NCBI RefSeq assembly: GCF_009914755.1
Contig: NC_060943.1
Direction: 5' to 3' (one strand)
Length of the DNA: 64,000 nucleotides
From: the human T2T-CHM13v2.0 reference genome, Homo sapiens
Shown here: in pieces, positions 20,471 through 39,676 of the stretch
Layout of the letters: the number at the start of each line of letters is the position of its first letter
Position numbering within the stretch: the stretch's first letter is position 1
Notes under the pieces: model-generated
What the model saw: the letters and a program-made list of their open reading frames with translations, nothing else
Database searches by the model: none
Told to the model about the DNA's origin: nothing
Position numbers and translations under genes: made by a program

Positions 20471-21152
20471 TAACACTTACGAGCCTAATACATCCCTTCA
20501 TTCTATTAGGTCTGTTCGTCCTTACCCTACTTTTTGCAACAGGGCTTTAAGAAGTCACCCCACCACTTAGGCCAAGCCCCAAAAAACTAGTCATCCCTAC
20601 TATCTTCTGTCCGGTCATACTCCTATTCTCCATTCTCAACTACTTATAAATGCTCTACTCTTGTTTACACCGCTGGTTTACACTGTTTTTCCAAGCCATC
20701 AAAGCTGATATCTCCTGGTGCTATCCCCAAACTGCCACTCTTAACTCTTGAAGTAAATAAATAATCTTTGCTGGCAGGGCTATGCTGAATCTCCTTAGGC
20801 ACTCTCTAATTAGATGTCCTAGGTCCTCCCAATTCTTAGTCCTTTTATACCTGTTTTTCTCCTTCTCTTATTCCATTTAGTTTTTCAATTCATATAAAAC
20901 CGTATCCAGGCCATCACCAATCATTCTATACGACAAATGTTTCTTCTAACATCCCCACAATATCACCCCTTACCACAAGACCTCCCTTCAGCTTAATCTC
21001 TCCCACTTTAGGTTACCACGCCGCCCCAATCCCCCTTGAAGCAGCCCTGAGAAACATCGCCCATTCTCTCTCCATATCACCCCCCAAAAATTTTCACCGC
21101 CCCAACACTTCAACACTATTTTATTTTTCTTATTAATATAAGAAGGCAGGAA

Positions 21153-21637
21153 TGTCAGCCCTCTGAGCCCAAGCCAAGCCATCGCATCCCCTGTGACTTG
21201 CACGTATACACCCAGATGGCCTGAAGTAACTAAAGAATCACAAAAGAAGTGAATATGCCCTGCCCCACCTTAACTGATGACATTCCACCACAAAAGAAGT
21301 GTAAATGGCCAGTCCTTGCCTTAACTGATGACATTACCTTGTGAAAGTCCTTTTCCTGGCTCATCCTGGCTCAAAAAGCACCCCCCACTGAGCACCTTGC
21401 GACCCCTACTCCTGCCCACTGAGCACCTTGTGATCCCCACTCCTACCCGCCAGAGAACAAACCCCCTTTGACTGTAATTTTCCTTTACCTCCCCAAATCC
21501 TATAAAATGGCCCCACCCTTATCTCCCTTCGCTGACTCTCTTTTTGGACTCAGCCCACCTGCACCCAGGTGAAATAAACAGCCATGTTGCTCACACAAAG
21601 CCTGTTTGGTGGTCTCTTCACACGGATGCACATGAAA
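21153..21637 (+). promoter_or_regulatory. HERV-H 3' LTR (LTR7 family)
   Basis: About 17 substitutions and 1 indel versus the 5' LTR, counted by eye. Confidence 0.95.
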
Positions 21638-22514
21638 CTAAGAAAAATTCTTCTGCCTTGAGATGCTGTTAATCTATAACCTTATCCCCAACCCCATGGT
21701 CTCTGAAACATGCTGTGTCCACTCAGGGTTAAATGGATTAAGGGCTGTGCAAGATGTGCTTTGTTAAACAGATGCTTGAAGGCAGCATGCTCCTTAAGAG
21801 TCATCACCACTCCCTAATCTCAAGTACCCAGGGACACAAACACTGCAGAAGGCCACAGGGACCTCTGCCTAGGAAAGCCAGGTATTGTCCAAGGTTTCTC
21901 CCCATGTGATAGTCTGAAATATGGCCTCGTGGGAAGGGAAAGACCTGACCATCCCCCAGCCCGACACCCATAAAAGTTCTGTGCTGAGGAGGATTAGTAT
22001 AACAGGAAGGAATACCTCTTTGCAGTTGAGACAAGAGGAAGGCATCTGTCTCCTGCCCGTCCCTGTGCAATGGAATCTCTTGGTATAAAACCCGATTGTA
22101 TGTTCCATCTACTGAGATAGGGGAAAACAGCCTTAGGGCTGGAGGTGGGACATGCGAGCAACAATACTGCTCTGTAAGGCATTGAGATGTTTATGTGTAT
22201 GCATATCTAAAGCACAGCACTTAATTCTTTACCTTGTCTATGATGCAGAGACCTTTGTTCATGTGTTTATCTGCTGACCTTCTCTCCATTATTATCCTAT
22301 GACCCTGCCACATCCCCCTCTCCAAAAAACACCCAAGAATGATCAATAAATACTAAGGGAACTCAGAGGCTGGCGGGATCCTCCGTATGCTGAACGCTGG
22401 TCCCCTGGGCCCCCTTATTTCTTTCTCTATACTTTGTCTTTTTCTTTTCCAAGTCTCTCATTCCACCTAATGAGAAACACCCACAGGCATGGAGGGGCAA
22501 CCCACCCCTTCATC

Positions 22515-22532
22515 TGGTGCCCAACGTGGGGG
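22515..22532 (+). other. Primer-binding site, tRNA-Lys
   Basis: tggtgcccaacgtggggg after the LTR end cccttca. Confidence 0.9.
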
Positions 22533-22652
22533 CTTTTCTCTAGAGTGAAGGTAGGCTCGAGCGTGGTTATTGAGGACAAGTCGACGAGAGATCCCGAGTA
22601 CATCTACAATCAGCCTTACGGTAAGCTCGTGCGCTCAGAAGCTAGGGTGACA

Positions 22653-27452
<4,800 letters not shown>

Positions 27453-29499
27453 AAAGAAGTAGACATAGGAGACTCCATTTTGTTCTGTACTAAGAAAAAT
27501 TCTTCAGCCTTGAGATGCTATTAATCTGTAACCCTACCCCCAACCCTGTGCTCCCTGAGACATGTGCTGTGTCAACTCAGGGTTAAATGGATTAAGGGCT
27601 GTGCAGGATGTGCTTTGTTAAACAGATGCTTGAAGGCAGCATGCTCCTTAAGGGTCATCACCACTCCCTAATCTCAAGTACCCAGGGACACAAACACTGT
27701 GGAAGGCTGCAGGGACCTCTGCCTAGGAAAGCCAGGTATTGTCCAAGGTTTCTCCCCATGTGATAGTCTGAAATATGGCCTCGTGGGAAGGGAAAGACCT
27801 GACCGTCCCCCAGCCCGACACCCGTAAAGGGTCTGTGATGAGGAGGATTAGTATAAGAGGAAGGAATGCCTCTTTGCAGTTGAGACAAGAGGAAGGCATC
27901 TGTCTCCTGCCTGTCCCTGGGCAATGGAATGTCTCAGTATAAAACCCGATTGTATGTTCCATCTACTGAGATAGGGGAAAACAGCCTTAGGGCTAGAGGT
28001 GGGACATGCGGGCAGGAATACTGCTCTTTAAGGCATTGAGATGTTTATGTATATACATATCTAAAGCACAGCACTTAATTCTTTACCTTGTCTATGATGC
28101 AGAGACCTTTGTTCACGTGTTTACCTGCTGACCTTCTCTCCACTATTATCCTATGACCCTGCCACATCCCCCTCTCCGAGAAACACCCAATAATGATCAA
28201 TAAATACTAAGGGAACTCAGAGGCTGGTGGGATCCTCCGTATGCTGAACGCTGGTCCCCTGGGCCCCCTTATTTCTTTCTCTATACTTTGTCTCTGTGTC
28301 TTTTTCTTTTCCAAGTCTCTCGTTCCACCTAACGAGAAACACCCACAGGTGTGGAAGGGCAACCCACCCCTTCATGTAATGTCCATTTAAATCCATAATA
28401 AATGGTATGCCCAGCCTGGCACGGGCTATTGATGAGTCTTTTGAGGGCTGGCATACATGCAACCCACTCACCTTACCCTTACCTCCTTGCCAACTTCCCT
28501 GTATTGCCTTATTACTCAGTCAGACTACACCCAGTCTCAGAAAAACAAGGAAAAGTGAAGGAAACATTGTCGATGACTGAGTCAGGGGTTAATTGGTCTC
28601 TTATCATTTAAACATGAAGGAAAGAATGTGAAAGAAGAAAATGATAGACAAGTAAAATTCTCTAGATCAATCCTGGAGATAATTGTGTAAAACTTTGCCA
28701 AGTATTTACCTAGTTACAAGTGCTAATCACTTTCACGTAAAAAGCCTTAATAAACTCTACACAGCACATTATTTTGAATCCACTAAAATCTAAATCTGAA
28801 CTGTGTTAGATCTCTTCTTTCTAAAAAGTTTGATATACAGACCTGTATTACATTTAAAGAACACTGTGAGAAATTCAAAAATACTGAGACATTGATGAGC
28901 TGGGCACTTGGCTCAGGCTCCTATGAGACTTACGATTTCAAATTTGCTCCATCAGGCTAATTAAAGGGAGCCTGAAAAAAAAGCAAAATGGACTAAATTG
29001 GGAAGTCTTAGGATATATTTTAAGCTGGGTTATTTAACCATCTCTTGTTTGAAAGAAATCTAGTAATAAGAATGAAAATTGTGTAATGGATTTTTTTTTT
29101 TGTAGGCATCTTGTTTTTATTGAACAGATAGACTCTATTGATTTTGATCATAAAATAAATTTCTATAAGGGAAAGACTATTTTCCCTCACTGACCTCTAT
29201 TCTAAATCAGAGAAGTAGTCCCAGAGAAAAATAATAATACGATGGTAAGTGAGAATAGCATCTCCTTTCAAAAAAATATAACTCAAGAAGGGCCTACAAC
29301 TACCTTTCTCCTAGATCATAATGTTACAGTCTAAGAGGTAGGGTTTTCTAATGTATTTCCACCATATATTACACAAGTAAAATTTAATTTGGAGCAATAG
29401 GTTCTATTCTCTGGATGAGGTAATCCTACCATTGATTTATTCAGTAAATATTTTTATAATGTCTAATAACACCGTGTACTTGAGGAAATTAAATAAATT

Positions 29500-31150
29500 A
29501 GGTTCTTGACAGTCTCTATATAGCAAACACACAGTGGAATGTCAAATAAACAATATTTATTAAATATATACAATATAAATTCAGTATTATTCCAAGACTG
29601 TAGGGTTGGTGGAAGAAGTACGGAGAAATAAAAGAAGATTGAGTTCTTAGATTATGAAATTAACAAACTTGAATATCATGCAGTATTTTTTGGAGGCATC
29701 ATGTACAGATTGAAGAATCCCATCAGGTGTTTAGCAAAATGAATGAAAAGTAAAGAGCATAATATAAAATAAAAGGTCAAATTTAATTATCCATATATAT
29801 TATATTAATAAATAAATGGTATAGAAATCACCTATTATAACACAAAGACTCTCAGAGTGGACACAGAGTAAAATATAAGTAAATGTAGCATATGAGTCAT
29901 TTACAACAAAGTGACTTATAAAGCCCTTTAGAAATTTTAAAATATGGTTCCTGAAATTAAAAAATAATAATAATACCATGGTTGGAAGATAAAGTCAAGG
30001 TACCATGATAAAATTAAAGGAAAATGAAAATGCTCAATAAATGTCCAGGTCATTGAATTAAAACACACACACATACACACATACACACACACACACGAAA
30101 GTAGGTCAAATTCAAAGGTACCAGACAACAGATATTCTAATAACAACATGGGCTGCTAAAATACAAAGAAGTGCTTTCAAAATTCCAGGAGAAAATAATT
30201 TCAATTTCAATTTCTGGAATCAAATGTGGTAGAATGAAGTATTTTGGTGTCTCATAAAATCTATCTCCTACGTACACTTTCTTAGAAAACTACTGGTAGA
30301 TGTAATACAGTAAAGCAATGGCTTAAACTAAGAAAGAGGAAGACATGTTTTCCAAACATAATAGCTCCAACTACAAAGCCTAAATATGTCCTAGGATGAC
30401 ACCAGGGCAGCAAGGCTAGAGAGAAACCAGCACAAATTGGAGAAGGGTGGAAGATTTCAGGAAAGAGGACTTCAGGAATTGTTAAAATAGATGATATGAT
30501 AAAACATTCTGATACAATTAAGGATATACGGAAAACAATAAGAGAATCAACAACAGTGATAATGGTTAACGTATATCGAACTAATTGTTAAAATAGATGA
30601 TATAATTAAACATTCCAATATAATTAAGGATATATGGAAAACAAGAGAAACAACAGTGATAATGGCTAACATACATTGGTAGAGAGAATTATGCAACTAA
30701 AAACATTATACAAGGACTCAATTATTAAATTTAGGGAAAAATGCTTTATAAAATGGAAAAATGATTTGGCATACACTAGTTGCGCCTACCATTACCAAAA
30801 TACATATAGTAATAATAAGATGAGTAATGATAGATTTAACTAAAAATACTGAGGTCACTGACTTTAGGAAGATGGTATGAAGAAAAGAATGGAATTTGAA
30901 AGAGCAATGTTTTCATTTATTGTAATAGGAAATTAATATATAATGTCCAGAATTGGTAATTCAAATAAAAGCAATGTAAGAATATTGTTTCTAAATGTTA
31001 AAACAACTACCAGAAGAAACAGTTAAGAGTTAAAGGGATTGCCACACAGAGTATGACTGTGTATCAGACTGGGTTTTTGTAAAAATTATAAAACCGCCAG
31101 AGATAATTTACTTTTTAAAATTATTAAATGTACTTGGTTTATTTAAAATG
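29500..31150 (+). mobile_element. Ancient L1M/HAL1-like remnant
   Basis: A-rich sequence with degraded ORF1-like and 3'-end-like motifs; boundaries approximate. Confidence 0.4.
30477..30680. repeat. Two-copy ~106-bp tandem duplication
   Basis: aattgttaaaatagatgatat...caacagtgataatgg starts at both 30477 and 30583. Confidence 0.9.
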
Positions 31151-31224
31151 TTTAGTAAAGTAAAAGGTATGCATTACAAAATAAAGAAAGAACTAAGTGG
31201 TACTTTCAAAGATCTCCATTACTT

Positions 31225-31625
31225 AAAACACTTGCTCCAGCTGTTTTTACTCTATGACATACACTGAAGTGTGTTTGCTAATTCCTGAGGTATAAATAGT
31301 CCCATTACAGTTTATTTCAAGCTACTAACATGACATCACAGAATGTGGAGTTGAGAAGAGATGCAAAGTAACACACCATTATTATAGTAACTTCATCATA
31401 CAGATACAGTAAATGTGAATAACCTTAAGAGCACAGATAATACCAAAATATAGTAAAATTATTAGGAAATGATGAGTTTTGTGTATCTATTAACTTTATT
31501 TTTAATATAATTTATTTGTTTATAAAATTTAGTTTTTTAATGGTTGTATGGAAAGCATGTAAAGTTTTCAGAAATTTAACAATCGTCCCTCAGAAGCCTA
31601 TATGAGCCAGCTTCAGCTTACAGCT
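31225..31625 (-). mobile_element. MER63-like hAT DNA transposon
   Basis: Reverse complement of recalled MER63 motifs (ttcaagctactaacatgacatcac, ggagttgagaagagatgca, gagccagcttcagc). Confidence 0.65.
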
Positions 31626-31672
31626 AATATTGAGATGCCCACCATATTCCTGTGGAGTGGGATGGGATATTA

Positions 31673-31760
31673 GCTGGCTGGCTGGCTGGCTGGATGGATG
31701 GATAAATGGATGGATGGATGGATGGATGGATGGATGGATGGATGGATGGATGGATGGATG
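31673..31760. repeat. (GGCT)n(GGAT)n microsatellite
   Basis: Directly visible. Confidence 0.98.
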
Positions 31761-31970
31761 ATTAGTCAAAATGTAACTAACAGAAATGATTAACCACCCA
31801 ATAGGCAATTCTCAGGACTGAGTTTCCTCTTCTGTGATTAATACCTTAAAATTCAAAGACAACCTACCCATAATGATAGTCGCTCTGTGTGGTGGCTTTA
31901 GTCAAGCGTTGTTCATTGTTGTTTTATAAAAAGCACAATTGGTTATTTTCTGACACTTTTGGCCACATTT

Positions 31971-32282
<312 letters not shown>

Positions 32283-32799
32283 GGCCACATTTACATAAAG
32301 TAAAATTTGGATGTTTCATCAAGTAGAATATCAACAAATCTAAAGAAATTATCAATAATTATCAGTTACCATAAATCTGGGCCTAGAGTGAATATTTACC
32401 TGAATTACCTGATGAAACTATGTTAGAATTAAGTTCTTCAAGTAAATTACAAGCACTTGTGGGCAGATTTTGTGTCTGGTTTGTTTTTCTAACTTCCTTA
32501 GCACCAATACAATGTTTAAAACTAGATTGGAATATACCACTCAATATTACAGTTATTTTTATGTTTTTGTCTTCTGATAACTATGGGATCTACTTGAGGG
32601 TGAAATTTTCATCTTGTCAAATCTATACACCAATGCCTAGTTTATATTAACCTCTCACTAAATATTAGTTCGGTTAGATTGAAGAGTGTCCAATACATAT
32701 ATATTGAATTAAATTAATTAGACTAGATCAGAATTTAATTTGATGTCATCTTAGCATAATCCTAAAAAAGCTATCAAACAGGCTAAGTTTTGTGTCATT

Positions 32800-33010
32800 A
32801 GGTAGTATAATGTATACAAGGGTGGATTCAAATTCCAGCTCATTTCTTATGAGCTTCCAGATCTTCATCAAGTATGTAATCTCTATAAACTTCATTTTCC
32901 CCACGCTAACAAGTAGATAATATGGTTGTTATGATTAAATCCATACAAAGTACTTAGCATAATACCTGGCACACAGTAAGCTCTTAATAAATGTTTGCTG
33001 TTATATTGCT
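32800..33010 (+). mobile_element. MIR
   Basis: ggattcaaattccagctc...gttgttatgattaaat...cttagcataatacctggcacacagtaagctcttaataaatgtt. Confidence 0.75.
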
Positions 33011-33627
33011 ATGCTTTATGCTCTAGATAAATCTGAAATGTGCTTATAATATATGATTTGCCTGAAGGGTGACCTAGGTCTTTAAAACAGTGACACATTT
33101 GCAATTGACCATCACAGGGCTTCTCACAAAATTGAACTTTATAATGCCATCGGATTGTCATAGTTTCCCTTCTAGAAAGGGAACCTATGATTCATTAAGC
33201 TAAATCAAGACTAAGTATCAAGTGACTATTGCCTTTTGATTTGTTTTCTTGCCTTAGGTTTGCCTTGATGATCTGGCATGTTAATAGAAGCCACGTATTG
33301 GTCTCTGTGTTATCTCATTGGATTTCCTGCCGACCATGGAGATTGACGGGTTTTATTAGCCCTCACAGGAAAACTGATTCTCAAAGTCAAAAATCTCAAG
33401 CATAGAATACAAGATATGGACCCATCGATCCCCACTACAAAAAGCCTTTCCTAGTACAGACTACTGCCTCTCAAAGATTGCGTTTCTCATCTCACTTTTC
33501 TTACCAAGATTTCTCCCTTGAAAAATCCAGGGAAATCAATTATGTGTGTTCATTCCTGATCCTCAGTTGTTAACATAAAGTTGTATACTGAGGCAAATTT
33601 AAAACATAGCTGAAAATCCTTTGACAT

Positions 33628-33967
33628 TGATACGGTTTGACTCTGTGTCCCCAAACAAATCTCACCTCGAATTGTAATTCCCATAATCCCACATGTCAAG
33701 GGCGGGACCAAGTGGAGGTAATTGGATCATGAGGGTGGTTTCTCCCATGCTGTTCTTGTGATAGTGAGTGAGTTCTCACAAGATCTGATGGTTTTATGGG
33801 CATCTGGCATTTCCCCTGCTTGCACTCACTGACTCTGTCCTGCCACTCTGTGAAGAAGGTGCCTTGCTTCCCCTTCACCTTCTGCTATGATTGTAAGTTT
33901 CCTGAGGCCTCCCCAGCCATGCTGAACTGTGAGTCAATTATACCGTTTTCCTTTATAAATTACTCAC
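33628..33967 (+). mobile_element. THE1 (THE1D-like) MaLR LTR, 3' end truncated
   Basis: tgatacggtttgactctgtgtccccaaacaaatctcacc...gtaagtttcctgaggcctccccagccatg...tttataaattac. Confidence 0.88.
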
Positions 33968-34917
33968 CCCCACCTACCACCTTTTAGATAATGCTGTGGG
34001 ACATAAAGACTTAGAATTCTCTCTTCAAAGGGCTTGGATATGGCTTCCAGGGTTCATGTTTCTCTCCTCCAGTTCTGTCTTTCATGGTGAGCCATGTATA
34101 GAGAGCGCACAACTAGAGGCCCTGTGGGCCAATGCAAAGCTGTTTACCAGAGGTACAGTGGTAGACTGAGCTTGGACATATCCACAGAGGTACCCAAAAT
34201 GTGTACACACAAGGCCTGTCATGGTGTGAGACCACATTGGGGGACCAGCTCTCCCCATGCCCTTATATTCTGGTACTGGACTTTGAGGGCCCAAGAATTC
34301 CAGCTCTAAACTTGAATTTCATTAGGAAGCTACATGTGTCAAAGTGGGAAAACAAAGCATACTTAACAGTTTGTTAACATGATTTATAACTTTTAAATAT
34401 TTAAACATGTACTATATAGGTTTTTATTATTATTCTTGCCCTAGGCCTTAAGAATGTTAAGTGTAAGACAATTAAATACTTTATTAGATATAAGAATGCA
34501 AGCACAGATACTCAGAAACTTAAATATAAGTCTCAAACTAGTCCTTACTTTTAAAAAATAATGATATATTCCATTTAACATCATATTTAGAGTGGATCCA
34601 TTATGGCATCATGACATCTTTGCTGGTTCAGTTACAATTGAACAAAGTATTGGGCCTGACATCAACACTATTTCTCAAAATGCTAAAGATATAAAAGTGT
34701 GGGACAGATATGTCTTATGCTTATTTTGTAACATAACTATTCATTGCATATATCCAAACATCACTACATACTCCATAAGATTTAGTCTTATTTACAATTA
34801 TTTAGTTGTTTACCTAATATTTGCTATGTAATACACACACACAGGCACACACCTACACACACATATGTGCACACATACACACATGTGCACACATATATAT
34901 TTCAAATACAAACCATA

Positions 34918-35385
34918 AGAAGCAGCCAGGATGAATCCAGAGGACATTATGTTAAGCAAAATAAGCTAAGAACAGAAAGTTAAATAGTGCATGTTCTCAC
35001 CGTATGTGGATGCTAAAAAATAGAAGATCTCATGGAAGGAAAAAGTAGAACAGAGGATACTAGAGGCTGGAGAGGTGGGTGAGAGATGGATAAGGAGAGA
35101 TTTGTCAAAAAATACAAAATTACAGCTAGACAGGAGAAATAAGTTCTAGTGTTCTATAGCACTGTGAGATGACTATAGTTGACAATAATATATAGCTTCA
35201 AATTGCTAGAAGGAGTATATTGAATGTTCCCATCACAAAGAAATGATAAATGTTTGACATGATGCATATGCTAATTAATCTCTTAACTATTCATTGTATG
35301 TATCCGAACATCACTACATACCCCATAAATATGTACAATTATTATATGTCAATTAAAAAAATAAAATAATTAAGAAAAAATTGCA
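34918..35385 (+). mobile_element. L1MA 3' fragment
   Basis: gaggacattatgttaagc...atacaaaattacagctagacaggagaaataagttctagtgttc...atgtacaattattatatgtcaattaaaaa. Confidence 0.8.
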
Positions 35386-35748
35386 AAAGATTAAATAACT
35401 GTAACAGTAGATTTGTGCTCTCAAATATTAAAGCATTCTATAAATTTACATAGAATGGGGGTAGATATATAAAAATTAAAAATAATTGAAATGGAATCTG
35501 GGTGATAGATTGACAATACTACTCTTAATATTAAGAATAGTATAGCTGAACCAAAGTTTAACATGTTCAAACCTTTACATAAATGTATCCTCTCTAAACG
35601 ATTTGACCCTGCTTATGGATAATTAAGGTTGTAATATTTTGGACATAAACGCCTGTTTACTTATACCAGAATATATCAGCAATTATAATTAAAATGATCT
35701 TACATATTATTTGTCATATCAGGACTCATACTATTTTTATTATGCTGA

Positions 35749-36079
<331 letters not shown>

Positions 36080-36588
36080 TTACTCATCTACCTTTTTACA
36101 AAAAGAAAATGAGATCTCAGTAACAACTGGCAGCACTATGTTCCTCTGATGTATATGAAATATTTAAGTTCTAGGCTTGCTCAGGTATAAGCAGAGTATT
36201 CATAATGTCATCGTTTACATAAAGTATAAATGCACAACACCAGGAATACTTCAAAGACAAAAAGCAGAAATTATGCTTTAATGTATTATTACAGGAAATG
36301 TTGGTATCTTGTGCATTTGTGATTTGGAGCATTGAATGTTTATGACATGTTTCACTTGCCAATTTTCTGTCTTTATTTGGTAGCAGCCATTTATTCTTGA
36401 ATCTTATTAATACATTTACATTCAGTGTATTGTTTATTTCATTTCATAAACTATGACACCTGAGCGAAAATGACTGGGTTTCTTAATCTGTACAAATCAG
36501 GGAGGACTTACAGGACATGGAAGCTGATTTGTACAGTATCCAAAGTATCCATTAGCAAGCAAGCTCATAGGGTTGTTGTAAGGATTAA

Positions 36589-36931
<343 letters not shown>

Positions 36932-38384
36932 TTATCTCTTTTTTATAAACAAATATGAGATCTTTAAACGCATACTGTCTCTAGATTCCCTTGGTTGTGC
37001 TGTTTGTATATTTGGTGTCCCATGTGAAGTGCTTAGAACCAGACCTGATACTAAGCAAGAGCTTAATGGGTGATATTATTATTACTGCTGTTATTATGGT
37101 TCTGAAATTGTAGTTCTCTGGGTCAGTGGCTAAAAGTGGTTGGAGGAAGTCTTGTTAAAGTATAACAAAATTTACTATCTTTCCTGTTTGCAGGAAATCT
37201 GGAAAGTATTTGCCACTGATTAGGAAAGCTTTTTTTAGTATAATACATCCATCACTGAATGGGAAAGCAGGAAGGGGATCTGCCAATGATATGTAAGAAA
37301 ATACTGTGGGTTAAAAAATTATCTTGGTGTGAAATACAGAGTTTTATGCGTTAACTTTTCTCTATTAATTCAGGAAATTGTTTTCTGGAAATAAATAACA
37401 TTTACAGACAATTGAAAGTATTGATAGAACCACACAGTTGTTTCAAGCTATGTATGACCATCTATTAACATTCCGGGTGATAAATTTGGTCATAATTTTT
37501 ATTTGTCATTGAGGATGCACCATCCAATGAGATTACCATTTAATGATTAAATATCCAATATGACTTATTTTATGAAATGATATAGCATTTCCTATTTAGT
37601 AAGGTAACACGGAAACTTATCTAGTATAAGACAAAAACCAGGCCCAATATATAAAATAATACATAATACTTGCTGTTAAAAGCTGAGAGAATCTTTCAGT
37701 ACTGGAAGGCATTGCCTCTCTAAATTTAAGCCGAGAAATTGTTACCATAGCAACTCGCCTCTTATGTAGTTGTATTATTTTGTTCCCTTCATAAAAATTG
37801 CTATGTATTATCACTCTGTAAATAGAGACGATATGTTTAAATGCATATAATATCTGCTTTTCCTTAGTTGTGGAAAAGTTTATAATTCAGGTGAGTGACC
37901 ATAGCAGAGAATGTCACCCAGGAACAGGAACATAGAGTGGGTTCTTGACATTTGTCTGGGGTACATCTGACAACCTTTACAAATTCCAAATTTGAGAATA
38001 CTACTGTGGCACACCATTTTTCTGGAATTTCAATGTGCACCAAGAGGGGAGGAACATAAAGCTACATGCTCATGGAGATGTTGGGTTCCTCATTGGTTGC
38101 CCTTCCTGTACCAGCCAGCATCCTATTCTGGTGGACCAGCCTTGCACAGAGTTTGTCAATCACATTTGTATCCCAGCAACATTACACGTTACTTCGTGAC
38201 ATAAACCTGTGGGGTTGCTCAAGAAGAGAACTGAATCTGAAAATGCCTGAGTGACGACTAGATATGGAATTTGGCAGGGTACTGTTTAGAATGGGATCTA
38301 ATCTCTGTTCTGCAGATTTAAAGTGCATTAAGGTTAAAGAATTTGACTAAGTCACAGAGTGTCTCAGTTTTTTCGTCTTCATGG

Positions 38385-39300
38385 TGTAGACGTTAGCTGA
38401 ATGGACTGTGGAGCCTGACTCCTAGCAGTGGCATTTACTAGCTATGTCAACTTGGATAAGATACTTGGCATTTCTGTGCCTCTATTTCCACCTTTAAAAT
38501 GGGAATTATGGGGAAGGAAGTGAGAGGGAGAGATATGTTAAAGCAGCGATCCTCAACCTTTTTGGCACCAGGGACTGGTTTTGTGGAAGACAAATTTTCC
38601 TTGGATGGGGATGGGGATGGTTTTGGGATGAAACTGTTTCACTTCAACTCATCAGGCGTTAGTTAGATTCTCATAAAGAGAACATAACTTGGACCCCTCC
38701 TATGTGCAGTTCACAATAGGGTTCACACTCCCACAAGAATCTAAAGCTGCAGCTGATCTGACAGGAGGTAGAGCTCAGGTGGGAATGCGGGCAATGGGGA
38801 GCAGCTGTGAACATAGATGAAGCTTCACTCACTCGCCCGCCCCCTGCTCACCTCCTGCTGTGTGGCCGGTTCCTAATAGGCCATAGACAGGGACTGGTCC
38901 ATGGCCAGGAGGTTGGGGATCCCTGTGTTAAAGGATACAAAATTATAGCTAGATAGGGGAAATCAGTGCTAGGGTTCTATACCACAGTAGGGTGTCTACA
39001 GTTAACAATAATATGTGTTTCAAATAGCTAGAAGGAGGATATTAAATGCTCCCAACACAGAGAAATGATGGCTGTTGGAGATGCTGGATATCCTAATTTC
39101 CCCAATCTGATCTCTATACATTGTATGTAATAAAACATTACTATGTACCCCATGAATATGTACAATTATTATTTGTCAACTTAAAAAATGTCAAAAACCA
39201 TACTAAATAAATAAAATGGGAATTATAATTTTACCTTATATGGCTGTAGTGCGAAAACCACGAGTGAATGCATAATGTACTCAATAAATGTTAGCCATGA
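38385..39300 (+). mobile_element. MIR interrupted by an L1MA 3' fragment (38510-39211)
   Basis: MIR halves flank the L1MA piece with a perfect 15-bp TSD taaaatgggaattat (38495-38509 / 39212-39226). Confidence 0.85.
38544..38925. mobile_element. MER1 (hAT-Charlie MITE) inserted in the L1MA fragment
   Basis: TIRs cagcgatcctcaacc / ggttggggatccctg; 8-bp TSD TGTTAAAG (38536-38543 / 38926-38933). Confidence 0.92.
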
Positions 39301-39676
39301 TCATAATGATAAATTTTACTCTGACCTTGAAAAATTCCCAAAGCTATGGTGACATTTTTATGAACAGGTAGCAGGGGAGTGTTTGCATGTGATCAAGGGT
39401 GAGTATAAAAGTATGTCTTTGGTATATATTCATTCATTTGGTCAATTGACATTCAAGAAGTATTTATTGAGTGTTAATTATCTGTTAGGCACTGAGAATA
39501 CAACAGGAAACCAGGTATATTTAGTGCCTGTCACCAGAGAGATTATAGTTTAGAAAGGTATATCGAAAAATAAATACAAGATTATAAATAGTATGGTTAA
39601 GTTAGGGAAGGTACAGGGTGCTCCAGGAGGACAACGATATAAACACTAATGTGTTTTGAAATAAGATTTATAACTT

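Larger units (their letters stand above)
14885..21637 (+). mobile_element. HERV-H provirus (common pol/env-deleted type), two LTRs
   Basis: LTR7 copies at 14885-15368 and 21153-21637; His PBS; gag start MGKLPPSIPP (ATG 16112); zinc knuckle CYTCRKSGHWAKEC; RT DLKDAFF; RNase H; integrase; PPT aagaaggcaggaa; perfect TSD CTAAG (14880-14884 / 21638-21642). Confidence 0.97.

Noticed and set aside
37194-37480. Two exon-like segments with good acceptors (tttgcag|gaa...|gtaag and attcag|gaa); similar isolated splice-like sites near 5390, 14622 and 33258
   Set aside because: Translations match nothing I recognise, and such motifs occur by chance; lncRNA exons cannot be supported from sequence alone.
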